A stretch of 64,000 bases of DNA from the NCBI GenBank assembly GCA_902609285.1, contig CACLRL010000002.1, positions 15,421 to 79,420 on the forward strand. Reading direction: 5' to 3'. Within the stretch, counting starts at the first letter, position 1. Each line of letters begins with the position of its first letter. Source of the DNA: an uncultured Candidatus Actinomarina sp. Its GTDB lineage: Bacteria > Actinomycetota > Acidimicrobiia > Actinomarinales > Actinomarinaceae. Under the pieces are notes generated by a model, which did not search any database, was not told the origin of the DNA, and saw nothing but the letters and a program-made list of their open reading frames with translations. This document shows positions 8,368 to 16,922 of this stretch, one piece after another. A program made the position numbers and the translations under genes.

Positions 8368-10800
8368 TTAACTAAATAGATTACTTATAGTATTGTTAAT
8401 TAATTTCTCGTTCTTATTTATTATGTTTTTAAAACTTTGTAAGATTTCAAATTCTTTTTGTAGTTCACTAGAAATCTCCTTTTGAATCTCCAAACTAGGT
8501 AAGGGGATTTTAATTTTTCTTATTTCAACTAGGTGGAGATTAGTTACAGTACCAGATTTACTCAAATTCATTGCCTGTTTGTAAACAAAGCTAGAGTTAA
8601 GAATGTTTGCAAGAAAATTAGAATTCACTTTGTTTTTATCAGGTTTAATTAAGCATAAACTTACAAATATACTGAATTCATCTTCTCTAGTCACCAACTC
8701 CGCAACACCAATTGTTCCATTTTTTGAATAAAGAATATCTCCTTTTTCTGGATGACATCTTTTTATAAGTTCTGTGTGTTCCTCTTTTGAAATGTATTTA
8801 TTCTCTTTTGATGTTTTCGTGATATCGCTAACTCTTAAAAATGGAATGCCTTCACTTACATATTTAGGAGTTGCGTGAGTTCCATCTGTAATTTTTGTTG
8901 CTATGTCTTCTAGCGATACTAACTCCCAATCTGAATGTATTTCTATATTTGGCCTATAGTTCTCAACAACCTGCCTTGCTCCATCAATAACTTTTTGATA
9001 CTGCTCAATCTCTTCTACTATTTCTAGTTGTTTTTCTAAAGGTGGGAGTGGAATTAAAAGTTCTGCAAATTTTAAATTAATACCCGGTATGATTCCTTGA
9101 ATTTTGTTTTCTAGTGATCTTTGAAACTCTTCTGAGCGTAAGACATAATATAAATATTCAGGTATTAAATTTTCATTCGCTCTAAGAATGAATACATGCT
9201 CATTGATAGCCGCATTTTTAAACTCATTTTTATAAATACCTACTTTGCCTGTTGTTGCTCCATCTTTAACTATCAATACATCTTTATTGAGTAAAATCCC
9301 CTTTTTCATAGTTTTAAAAAATTCCTCGGAAACATATTTTTCTTTTTCAAAACTAATTTCACCTTTAGAAGTTATGTGCTGACCACCAAGAGATGGGATG
9401 CCCTTATTTTTTGCACCACCTTTCTCTCTTTTTCCTGACTCAATCTGCACTACTTTATTTAGTTCGATTAATTCAAAACTTGACTGCATGTTTACAGTTT
9501 TGTAATTATTAATTGCTAAAGATATATTTGAATCTTCAAGGACAATGTCTTTTGATATCTCCATATCATCGATTCTGGGTTCAAAAGATAAAATTGCAGA
9601 TATTACCTGTGGCAAATCATTTTGTTTTATTTTAGTTCTCTGATCGCCAAGTGAGTAGCCATCATTCTTTATTTCGTTGAAAAGGATAGTCTCTTTTTGC
9701 AATGACTTATTAATAAATAGTATTGATGTTTTTACTCCTGAATATGGTTTAAAAACTCCTGAAGGTAAAGAAACAACTGCAAACAAACCATTTTCTACTA
9801 ATTTTTTCCTAAGTTCTTTATAAGCTTTACCTGATTGAAAAATAATACCTTCAGGAACAATTATTCCAGCTCTACCTTTTGGCTTTAAGTGTGTAAGGAT
9901 GTAGTCAACAAACAGAGCTTCAGCTCTATTTGATTTAAGTCCAAATTTATTATGAGGTCTAATACCTCCTTTTGGAGTCATAAAAGGTGGATTAGCAAGA
10001 ATGACATCATAGTATTCACTCCACCTATCTTCTGAAGTTAACGCATCATATTCAACTACATTTGGTTCAGGAAATCCATGAAGATACATATTGGCAAGTC
10101 CAATTCGAACCATGTCTGGAGAGATGTCATAACCATTAATATTTTCCATTATTTTTTTTCGTTCAGCTGCAGAAAGTAAGTCTCCACTACTTTTCTCAGA
10201 GTTGGAGTTAACAATATGCTTAAATGCTGAAATTAAAAATCCTGAAGTTCCTGAGGCAGGATCTAAAACAGTTTCATCTTTTTTAGGATCAACTATTTCA
10301 ACAATAAAGTCAATAATGTGTCTTGGAGTTCTGAATTGTCCTGCATCTCCTTGAGAGCTAAGTGAGTTTAAAATATGCTCAAAAGCATCACCGAGTTGTT
10401 CAGAGTCTTTTGAGTAATCAAAATCATCAATCTGGCTTAAAAAGAGTCTTAGTGTTTCAGCATCCTTATAAGGTATATAGGCATTTTTAAATATATCTCT
10501 AAAGAGTTGTGGGATATAAGGATTTTCCTCCATTGACTCAACTGCTGTTGAATACAGGTCTACCAGCTCACTTCCAGAAACCTTTGTACCAAATAAATTG
10601 TCCCAAGAATACTTTTCAAAGTCGCCAACAAAAAATGAAGCCTCTCCGCCTAAGTCTGTAGATTCTTTGTCCATATCATTCATGAATTTGTAAATTAATG
10701 CAATCATGATTTGCTCTACTTGGCTTTTTGGATCTGGAACTTTTCCTACGAGAGTATCTCGAAGGTCATTAATTTTTTTCTTTGTCTCTTGGTCTAACAT
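8368..10800 (-). CDS. hsdMS: Type I restriction-modification methyltransferase fused to specificity subunit (HsdM-HsdS fusion, 810 aa)
   Basis: The N-terminal ~440 aa carry AdoMet motif I DPASGTSGFL and catalytic motif IV NPPF (ILANPPFMTPKGG). The C-terminal ~370 aa carry two target-recognition-domain-like repeats, each ending in a conserved helix (IPLPPLEKQLEIVEEIE and IPLPSLEIQKEISSEL). Confidence 0.85.
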   Translation of the reverse strand: MLDQETKKKINDLRDTLVGKVPDPKSQVEQIMIALIYKFMNDMDKESTDLGGEASFFVGDFEKYSWDNLFGTKVSGSELVDLYSTAVESMEENPYIPQLFRDIFKNAYIPYKDAETLRLFLSQIDDFDYSKDSEQLGDAFEHILNSLSSQGDAGQFRTPRHIIDFIVEIVDPKKDETVLDPASGTSGFLISAFKHIVNSNSEKSSGDLLSAAERKKIMENINGYDISPDMVRIGLANMYLHGFPEPNVVEYDALTSEDRWSEYYDVILANPPFMTPKGGIRPHNKFGLKSNRAEALFVDYILTHLKPKGRAGIIVPEGIIFQSGKAYKELRKKLVENGLFAVVSLPSGVFKPYSGVKTSILFINKSLQKETILFNEIKNDGYSLGDQRTKIKQNDLPQVISAILSFEPRIDDMEISKDIVLEDSNISLAINNYKTVNMQSSFELIELNKVVQIESGKREKGGAKNKGIPSLGGQHITSKGEISFEKEKYVSEEFFKTMKKGILLNKDVLIVKDGATTGKVGIYKNEFKNAAINEHVFILRANENLIPEYLYYVLRSEEFQRSLENKIQGIIPGINLKFAELLIPLPPLEKQLEIVEEIEQYQKVIDGARQVVENYRPNIEIHSDWELVSLEDIATKITDGTHATPKYVSEGIPFLRVSDITKTSKENKYISKEEHTELIKRCHPEKGDILYSKNGTIGVAELVTREDEFSIFVSLCLIKPDKNKVNSNFLANILNSSFVYKQAMNLSKSGTVTNLHLVEIRKIKIPLPSLEIQKEISSELQKEFEILQSFKNIINKNEKLINNTISNLFS

Positions 10801-13290
10801 CTATGCAAACTTTTCAATCTCTATATTATTTTTTATATATGACAATATTGTATCCCTCATACCCTCAGGTATTGCTTTAAAATGCTCTAATAAATTAGAG
10901 GAGTGTGTATTGAGATCTGCATATTTTCTACTATCAATAATCTCTCTTACTTCTTTATCCACTAAGTAAGTCTCAAAGAAATAACGAACACTTCTAAAAT
11001 ACACTTCATCTGGTTGGTGTTCATTATCAAACTTATCAAAAGCCTCTTCAAGTTGTTCCTTTTTTGATTTAATTCTGTCGGTAAACCCAAAGCTGTACAT
11101 CAAAATATCCAATACAGATAGCTTTCTGTCAGTCTTTAATGCAATCTCAAGATTTTTAAGCGTGAAGTACTCCTCAGGCTTATCAAATACTTTTTTAGCT
11201 AAGTACTCTTCTATTTTTGACACTTCTCCAAGCTCAACCAGTTCTCTTAATTCTGGATGGTCTTGAATAGTATCTATAAATCTATCAAAATATACTTGAT
11301 CAATTTTCATTCCCTGAGTGGTTAAAGGAATTTCTTCTAGTGATTTAAGTGGGTCTAAAACATAGCTTTCAGCTGTATCTAGCTCTGGTGTATCAATATC
11401 TATAGGAGGTTCTCCAGGCTTAGAGGGTTTAGCTGGTAGTTTCAGCTTTTGGTCATAATCAAACTCTTTTTCAAAATATTCATAATTTCCGAAGAAATCG
11501 AAGAGTGCAAAATCATGTTTTATAGAATTAATAGCTTCATTGACTTCGTCTTTATCTATCCAATCCTCGCTAAAGTCTTTTCTTCTTGTGCCTCTTCCTT
11601 TCATCTGAATAAAGTCTGATGGAGAGTAAATTGGTCTCATCATGGCAATATTTAATAAATCTGTACAGTCATAACCTGTGGTCATCATCCCCACTGTGAC
11701 ACATACTCTTGTCTTAGAAGTTCTGTAATACTCGTTTACTGTAGAAAATCCATTGAGTGTGTTGTTTGCAAAATCTACTGTCATTTGTTGCGAGCCCATT
11801 ACATTAGAAGTCACTTGAACTGCAAAATCGCTTTGATATTTATTTGGAAACATCTCAAGTGCATACTCGTTCAAAATCTGAGTTACTTTTGCTGCATGCT
11901 TTTGTGAGACACAGAATATTAAAGATTTCCCTATCTCTCCTGTGTAGGGATCTTTTCTTGCATTCTGTAAAAAGGTCTCGCAGAATTTTCTATTTGTCTC
12001 CTCAGAGAAAAACTTCTTTTCAAAATCTTTCTTGGTAAATGTCTCTTCGACATCATTACCATCTTCATCGGTGCCTTCAAAAAGATACCCTTCTTCACTC
12101 AGTAACTCTGTTGTGATATCTGTTCGTGCATCGTATACAAATGGATTGATAAGAAACCCCTCTTTAACACCATCTAAAAGAGAGTACCTAAAAGTAGGTT
12201 CGCCACTTCTACATCCAAAAGTTGTATAGGTATCTAACATCATTCTACGCTCTAACTCTCTTGGATCTCTCTCAGTTAAGCCAGAGATATTGACTGACTT
12301 TAAATAGTCTTTTGGTGTTGCAGTAAGTCCTAATTTAAATCCAACAAAGTACTCAAATACTCTTCTGCTTTTTCTACCTAAAGACCTATGTGCTTCGTCT
12401 GAGATAACGAGATCAAAATCACTTGGTTTGAATATTCTCTTATATTTATTGTCAGAAATAAAAGACTGAACAGTAGAGACAACGATCTGTGCACTATTCC
12501 AATTCTTGGAGTTTTCTTTCCAAATTACTGTGGTGTAATCATTTTTCAGAACCTTATTGAACTCTTTTTGAGCTTGTGTCTCAAGTTCTAATCTATCAAC
12601 AAGAAACAAGACTCGTTTTACACCAAAATTGCGTAAAAACATTTTGATAATCGCACTAGAGGTAAGAGTTTTACCTGTACCTGTTGCCATCTCTAAAAGA
12701 AAACGCTCTGAACCCTCTTGAACGCCTTTTTGGATAGTAAGTAATGCCTCTAATTGATATTTTCTTAAAAACCTTAAACCATTGCTAAATATGAACTCTT
12801 CTCTAGTTGATTCGTCTTTGTATTCTGGCTTATTTGCGTAATCAGGCATCTGAGACAATGCAATATAATCATTTCCTATCTCATCAATGTTCTCTTTGTC
12901 CTGATGTGGATTGAATCCTTCTTTTCTATCTTCAAGATTTCTTTGTTGTGGAAACTCTCCGATAGTGTTTGGATTGCCAGTTTCAATATCCCAGAAATAG
13001 TGCTCTCGTCCATTTGAAAGAATAATAAAGCGACAATTGAGTGCATTGGCATACTCTCTTGCTTGTTCTTTTGCTGAAAGTGGATCTATATCAAAATTTT
13101 TAGCTTCTAAAACACATAGAGGAAATCCATCTGAATCCATTAAGACATAATCTGCAGGTTTGCCTATGGGTGTTCTGTACTCGACTTCTACATTGTGTTG
13201 GTCAGAATCAGCATCAAGAACCCAACCAGTTTGTGCAAGCATTGCATTGATCTGAATTCTACTTTGAGCTTCATTTTTACTAGCAACCAT
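10801..13290 (-). CDS. hsdR: Type I restriction enzyme R subunit (HsdR, EcoEI-like C-terminus)
   Basis: N-terminal PD-(D/E)xK region (ADYVLMDSDG...VLEAKNFD). Helicase motifs MATGTGKT, DEAH (VISDEAHRS), TATP and MKGRGTRR. Stop TAG directly abuts the hsdMS ATG. Start placed at the internal ATG (MVASKNEAQ, 13290) rather than the ORF-track 13320, which would run into the 24-mer repeat. Confidence 0.85.
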   Translation of the reverse strand: MVASKNEAQSRIQINAMLAQTGWVLDADSDQHNVEVEYRTPIGKPADYVLMDSDGFPLCVLEAKNFDIDPLSAKEQAREYANALNCRFIILSNGREHYFWDIETGNPNTIGEFPQQRNLEDRKEGFNPHQDKENIDEIGNDYIALSQMPDYANKPEYKDESTREEFIFSNGLRFLRKYQLEALLTIQKGVQEGSERFLLEMATGTGKTLTSSAIIKMFLRNFGVKRVLFLVDRLELETQAQKEFNKVLKNDYTTVIWKENSKNWNSAQIVVSTVQSFISDNKYKRIFKPSDFDLVISDEAHRSLGRKSRRVFEYFVGFKLGLTATPKDYLKSVNISGLTERDPRELERRMMLDTYTTFGCRSGEPTFRYSLLDGVKEGFLINPFVYDARTDITTELLSEEGYLFEGTDEDGNDVEETFTKKDFEKKFFSEETNRKFCETFLQNARKDPYTGEIGKSLIFCVSQKHAAKVTQILNEYALEMFPNKYQSDFAVQVTSNVMGSQQMTVDFANNTLNGFSTVNEYYRTSKTRVCVTVGMMTTGYDCTDLLNIAMMRPIYSPSDFIQMKGRGTRRKDFSEDWIDKDEVNEAINSIKHDFALFDFFGNYEYFEKEFDYDQKLKLPAKPSKPGEPPIDIDTPELDTAESYVLDPLKSLEEIPLTTQGMKIDQVYFDRFIDTIQDHPELRELVELGEVSKIEEYLAKKVFDKPEEYFTLKNLEIALKTDRKLSVLDILMYSFGFTDRIKSKKEQLEEAFDKFDNEHQPDEVYFRSVRYFFETYLVDKEVREIIDSRKYADLNTHSSNLLEHFKAIPEGMRDTILSYIKNNIEIEKFA

Positions 13291-13317
13291 TACGCAATTA
13301 TAAACTATGAATGAATG

Positions 13318-13341
13318 CAAATGTGGGTCAAATGTGGGTCA
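13318..13341. repeat. 24-mer caaatgtgggtcaaatgtgggtca (tandem 11-mer x2), tRNA-proximal end of cassette B
   Basis: Identical to 8263-8286. Lies 22 nt from the core repeat starting at 13363. Confidence 0.9.
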
Positions 13342-13380
13342 CTTTGAATTTTTTCTTACTGTATTTCTGAAAAACCCTTG

Positions 13381-13454
13381 TGGGCGCTACAGGATTTGAA
13401 CCTGTGACTTCTTCCTTGTAAGGGAAGTGCTCTGCCAGACTGAGCTAAGCGCCC
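13381..13454 (-). tRNA. tRNA-Val (anticodon TAC), 74 nt, no encoded CCA
   Basis: Hand-folded. Acceptor GGGCGCT/AGCGCCC, D stem GCTC/GAGC, anticodon stem CTTCC/GGAAG with loop CTTACAA, T arm ACAGG-TTCAAAT-CCTGT, discriminator A. Confidence 0.9.
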
Positions 13455-13473
13455 TGTTAGAAAATTATAGTTC

Positions 13474-15114
13474 TTACTTTGTAGAAAATATATCGAAAAT
13501 TATTATATTACTTTTTTCTATGTATTTTTTGTTTTGTACACAATCAAACTTTACCCAACATTGGCTTCCTTCTTCTGGATAAACACCGTAGCCATCTTTA
13601 GCAACATAATTAATTGATTGTGCTTTTAACTCATTAATATAAAAAGGATTATCAATAAAAGATATGTAATTGCTAACTCTGGGCAATAGAAGAGTTGAAA
13701 TTATTATCAAAAGATAAAGTACTATTTTGTTATTTAAGAGTTTAATTCTGAATTCTAAATTTTGAAAAATTAAACCAATACAACCAATAATTAGTGTAAA
13801 AATTCCTAGACCAAGTCTTATACCAGGTGAGGATATTATCCAAGCAACAATAATAAAAATTAGATAAAGACAAATTATTAGTAAATCTTTTTTTGATGTA
13901 TTTTTGTTACCTCTTTTGTTAATAATCGTTGAGATAATAACTATTAATAAAAAAGAAAGTATAAAATTTCTGAGTACAACCGAATTTATTTCTTTAGAGT
14001 ACCAATCTGAAAACCAAGATGAAATAGGTGTGCCAAAGTAATATCCTAAATGAAAGTCTTTAATTACATCCATTTCATTTAAAGCAGAATTCTTTGAATA
14101 CCAACTTAAATTGTTTAAACAAGTTAGATTGACTGGGAAAAAAAGACATCCACTTATGAGTATATTTTTTAATAACCATAAAGAGCCAATGAAGACTGTT
14201 GGTAAAATTGGGTAAATTTTATTTATTGATAACGGTTTATTAACTAGTAAAACTATAAAATACAAAACTAATGTACTTGCACCAAAAATTCTCATTTCAA
14301 TAGAAAATAAAATAATTAATGAAAGATAAAATAATTCAGATTTAGACAGATTTTTATTTATAAGTCTGTAGATCAGAAAAGTGTTTGATAGATAAAAAAG
14401 AATTGCAAAAGGTGTGTCTTGTTTTGTAACAGCTTCAATATCAAAAAATCCATTTCTACCTCCACTAAAACCAAAATTATCCAGTATGCCAAAAACTATC
14501 AAAAAGTAAGAAGAACTTTTAAGGAAGCCACTTTTATTGTTGAAAATATTATATGAGATGATTCCAAAAAACGAGGCTATAAATGATAGATTGACATAAT
14601 GTAGTAAATAATATTTGCCACCTAACCAAAAATTTGCCGAAATATATTCAATAATTGAAGAAAACCCATATCTGTAATGAAGGTTATAAAAACCGATGGG
14701 TATATTGCTTTCTCTTATCCAAAGTTGATTATTTAAATGATACAACCCTGCATCGTATGCTAATCCCATTTCAATAGTGCTTATCGCGAGAATTGAAGGC
14801 AAAAGTATAAAATTAAATAGACTTAAGAAATCGAATCTAAGTTCAAACCTTCGTAAGAAGTTAAATAATATTATTGATAAAAGTAAGAGTTGATACATTA
14901 ATGTGTTTGTTTTTATAAAAAAATTAAGAATAAAGGTAAAATTTCCAATATAAAAGAGACCAATAATTACATAAAAGTAGTGAAGAGGAATGTTAAAAAG
15001 AGATTTCTCATTTGAATTATTTTTGTTCAATGATGTATTGAAAAGTAAAACTGTTCCTCTGCCAACTAAAAGAATAAGTACATAAAAAATAATAAATGTG
15101 AAAATATGAAACAC
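13474..15114 (-). CDS. Polytopic membrane protein (546 aa), putative GT-C partner of the upstream GT2
   Basis: More than 10 hydrophobic segments. YDAGLYHL acidic loop motif similar to YDAEAHYEY in the 51500..52855 product. Lies 31 nt downstream of the GT2 gene at 15146..15856. Confidence 0.5.
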   Translation of the reverse strand: MFHIFTFIIFYVLILLVGRGTVLLFNTSLNKNNSNEKSLFNIPLHYFYVIIGLFYIGNFTFILNFFIKTNTLMYQLLLLSIILFNFLRRFELRFDFLSLFNFILLPSILAISTIEMGLAYDAGLYHLNNQLWIRESNIPIGFYNLHYRYGFSSIIEYISANFWLGGKYYLLHYVNLSFIASFFGIISYNIFNNKSGFLKSSSYFLIVFGILDNFGFSGGRNGFFDIEAVTKQDTPFAILFYLSNTFLIYRLINKNLSKSELFYLSLIILFSIEMRIFGASTLVLYFIVLLVNKPLSINKIYPILPTVFIGSLWLLKNILISGCLFFPVNLTCLNNLSWYSKNSALNEMDVIKDFHLGYYFGTPISSWFSDWYSKEINSVVLRNFILSFLLIVIISTIINKRGNKNTSKKDLLIICLYLIFIIVAWIISSPGIRLGLGIFTLIIGCIGLIFQNLEFRIKLLNNKIVLYLLIIISTLLLPRVSNYISFIDNPFYINELKAQSINYVAKDGYGVYPEEGSQCWVKFDCVQNKKYIEKSNIIIFDIFSTK

Positions 15115-15145
15115 TATTAAATTTTAATTGTATTCATTGAAGCAA

Positions 15146-15856
15146 TCATTTTTTTACAATAATTTTTAACATGAATTTCAGATGATCAATAACTGAACTC
15201 ACAATATGTATTTTAGATTCGCCTACTTGCCTAATTGAAAGTGTGCATGGAAATTCTTTAGTTGAAGAACCATTCTGAACTGACCGTATAAATAGTTCAG
15301 CAACAGAGACAAAACCAGTATTGTAAATTTCAATATTTTTAATTGTATTTGTTCTGTACATTTTGAAAATAGAAGTAAAAGTATATGATTTAACTTTGGT
15401 AATTCTTCTATAAATAAAATTGCATAAATAACTTATTGCTAACCGAGATTTTTTTACTCCATCTATTTTTCCATCTGGGTGATAAGGCGATCCATTAATA
15501 ATATCAGTTTTTTCATCAAGTATTTCCAACATATCGAATATATATCCAGGGTCAAAGGTACAATCACTGTCTAAAAAAACTACTAAATCAGTTTCACAAT
15601 TGTTAATGATGGTAGTGAGAAATCCTCCTAGATTTAAATTTTTATCATGATTTATAATTTTTAAATTACTTATTTTAGAAAAATATTCAAAAAGTAATTT
15701 TTCTGTATTATCAGTGCTGCCATCATTTACAAGAATAGTATTTATTGGTCTATCAGATTTTAATCTTTCAATTATAGGTGTTAACACCATATGAAGTTTT
15801 TTAATGCCCTCTTCCTCATTGAATAAGGGGATCGCAATTGTTAATGAATCTTTCAT
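15146..15856 (-). CDS. GT2 glycosyltransferase, polyprenol-phosphate sugar synthase type
   Basis: IAIPLFNEEEGI N-terminus and FLDSDCTFDP DxD motif, 236 aa. Confidence 0.7.
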   Translation of the reverse strand: MKDSLTIAIPLFNEEEGIKKLHMVLTPIIERLKSDRPINTILVNDGSTDNTEKLLFEYFSKISNLKIINHDKNLNLGGFLTTIINNCETDLVVFLDSDCTFDPGYIFDMLEILDEKTDIINGSPYHPDGKIDGVKKSRLAISYLCNFIYRRITKVKSYTFTSIFKMYRTNTIKNIEIYNTGFVSVAELFIRSVQNGSSTKEFPCTLSIRQVGESKIHIVSSVIDHLKFMLKIIVKK

Positions 15857-16906
15857 TTATTTATTTTTTTGTATCTCTATCTCTTCAAGTATGTCAACAA
15901 TCTTGGTTGATACATTTTTTCCATAAGGATTTTCGGCATTAGAATTTTTTGTTTCCAAAAATTCTTTATTTTTATTTATCTCTGTTCCGATTAATTTTCC
16001 AAATCCTGACTCAATTGTTTCTGGTCTTTCAGTTGTATCTCTACAAATTAATATATTTTTATTTGCAGATAAAACTTCTTCCTGCATTCCTCCACTGTCT
16101 GAAATAACACCAGAACAATTTTCAATTAGATAGACGATGTCGAAATAATTAACTGGTTCAATCAGTCTAATTTTTTCTGATAAATTATTTCTTGCTTCAA
16201 TAATGGATGGATGGTTAATATAAATTATATTTTTACTTTCACTTAGAATATTTAGCTCATTCCATAATATTTCCATATTCTTCCTGTTTTCTCTTCTATG
16301 TAATGTACAAACAATATAATCATCGATTGATTTGACTAAGTTTTTAATTTCATCAGATTCTAGGTTTTTTTTAGATATTAAATTAAAACTATCAACGATT
16401 GTATTTCCTACAAGATAAACGTTTTTGTTAATCCCTTCTGTTGATAAATTATCAACTGCTCTTTGTGTTGGACAAAAATGAAAACTAGCTAACTTTGAGA
16501 CGAGTGTCCTATTTGCTTCTTCTGGAAATGGACTTTGTAAATTATGCGTTCTTAAACCTGCTTCGACATGAATCACATCATTACCATTCTGAAACCCCGC
16601 AAGTGCAAGTGCGAAGGCAGTTGAAGTATCTCCCTGAACAATTACTTTAAAGTCTGTATTTTGATTTAAAAGTTTACCCGAACTTTCTAAAATTTTTGAT
16701 ACAAGCCGATTCAATGACTGGCCATGTGTAATTATGTTTTCAAAAAAATAATCTGGCTGCCCTATTAAATCGATAAAATCTTTTATGAGATCTTCATGTT
16801 GGCCTGAAAATAGAGTTTTATAAGGAATTTTCCTACTGTTCATTTCCTGTATTAAAGGAAACTGTTTAATAATTTCCGGTCTAGTGCCAAATGAAAATAA
16901 GAACAT
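15857..16906 (-). CDS. wecB: UDP-N-acetylglucosamine 2-epimerase (non-hydrolysing)
   Basis: FGTRPEIIK, HVEAGLRT and SDSGGMQEE motifs, 349 aa. Confidence 0.85.
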   Translation of the reverse strand: MFLFSFGTRPEIIKQFPLIQEMNSRKIPYKTLFSGQHEDLIKDFIDLIGQPDYFFENIITHGQSLNRLVSKILESSGKLLNQNTDFKVIVQGDTSTAFALALAGFQNGNDVIHVEAGLRTHNLQSPFPEEANRTLVSKLASFHFCPTQRAVDNLSTEGINKNVYLVGNTIVDSFNLISKKNLESDEIKNLVKSIDDYIVCTLHRRENRKNMEILWNELNILSESKNIIYINHPSIIEARNNLSEKIRLIEPVNYFDIVYLIENCSGVISDSGGMQEEVLSANKNILICRDTTERPETIESGFGKLIGTEINKNKEFLETKNSNAENPYGKNVSTKIVDILEEIEIQKNK

Positions 16907-16922
16907 TCTTTTGCTATTTTAG

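Larger units (their letters stand above)
8151..13362 (-). mobile_element. Cassette B: recombinase-less segment between the intact tRNA-Val and its 3'-half repeat (cargo: type I R-M system)
   Basis: Bounded by exact direct repeats. Bracketed by an identical 24-mer at 8263-8286 and 13318-13341. Visibly more G+C than neighbours (22 G+C in line 11341-11400 versus 11 in line 14881-14940). Confidence 0.6.

Noticed and set aside
13291-13320. ORF-track start of hsdR at 13320 (MHSFIVYNCV...)
   Set aside because: The extension runs into the 24-mer cassette-end repeat. The internal ATG at 13290 (MVASKNEAQ) is preceded by TATAAT at a 6-nt distance and gives a typical HsdR N-terminus.
6402-13341. Whether the short tandem repeats represent a CRISPR array
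   Set aside because: There are only two units per site with no spacers between them. The words differ between sites and no cas genes are present, so this is not CRISPR.
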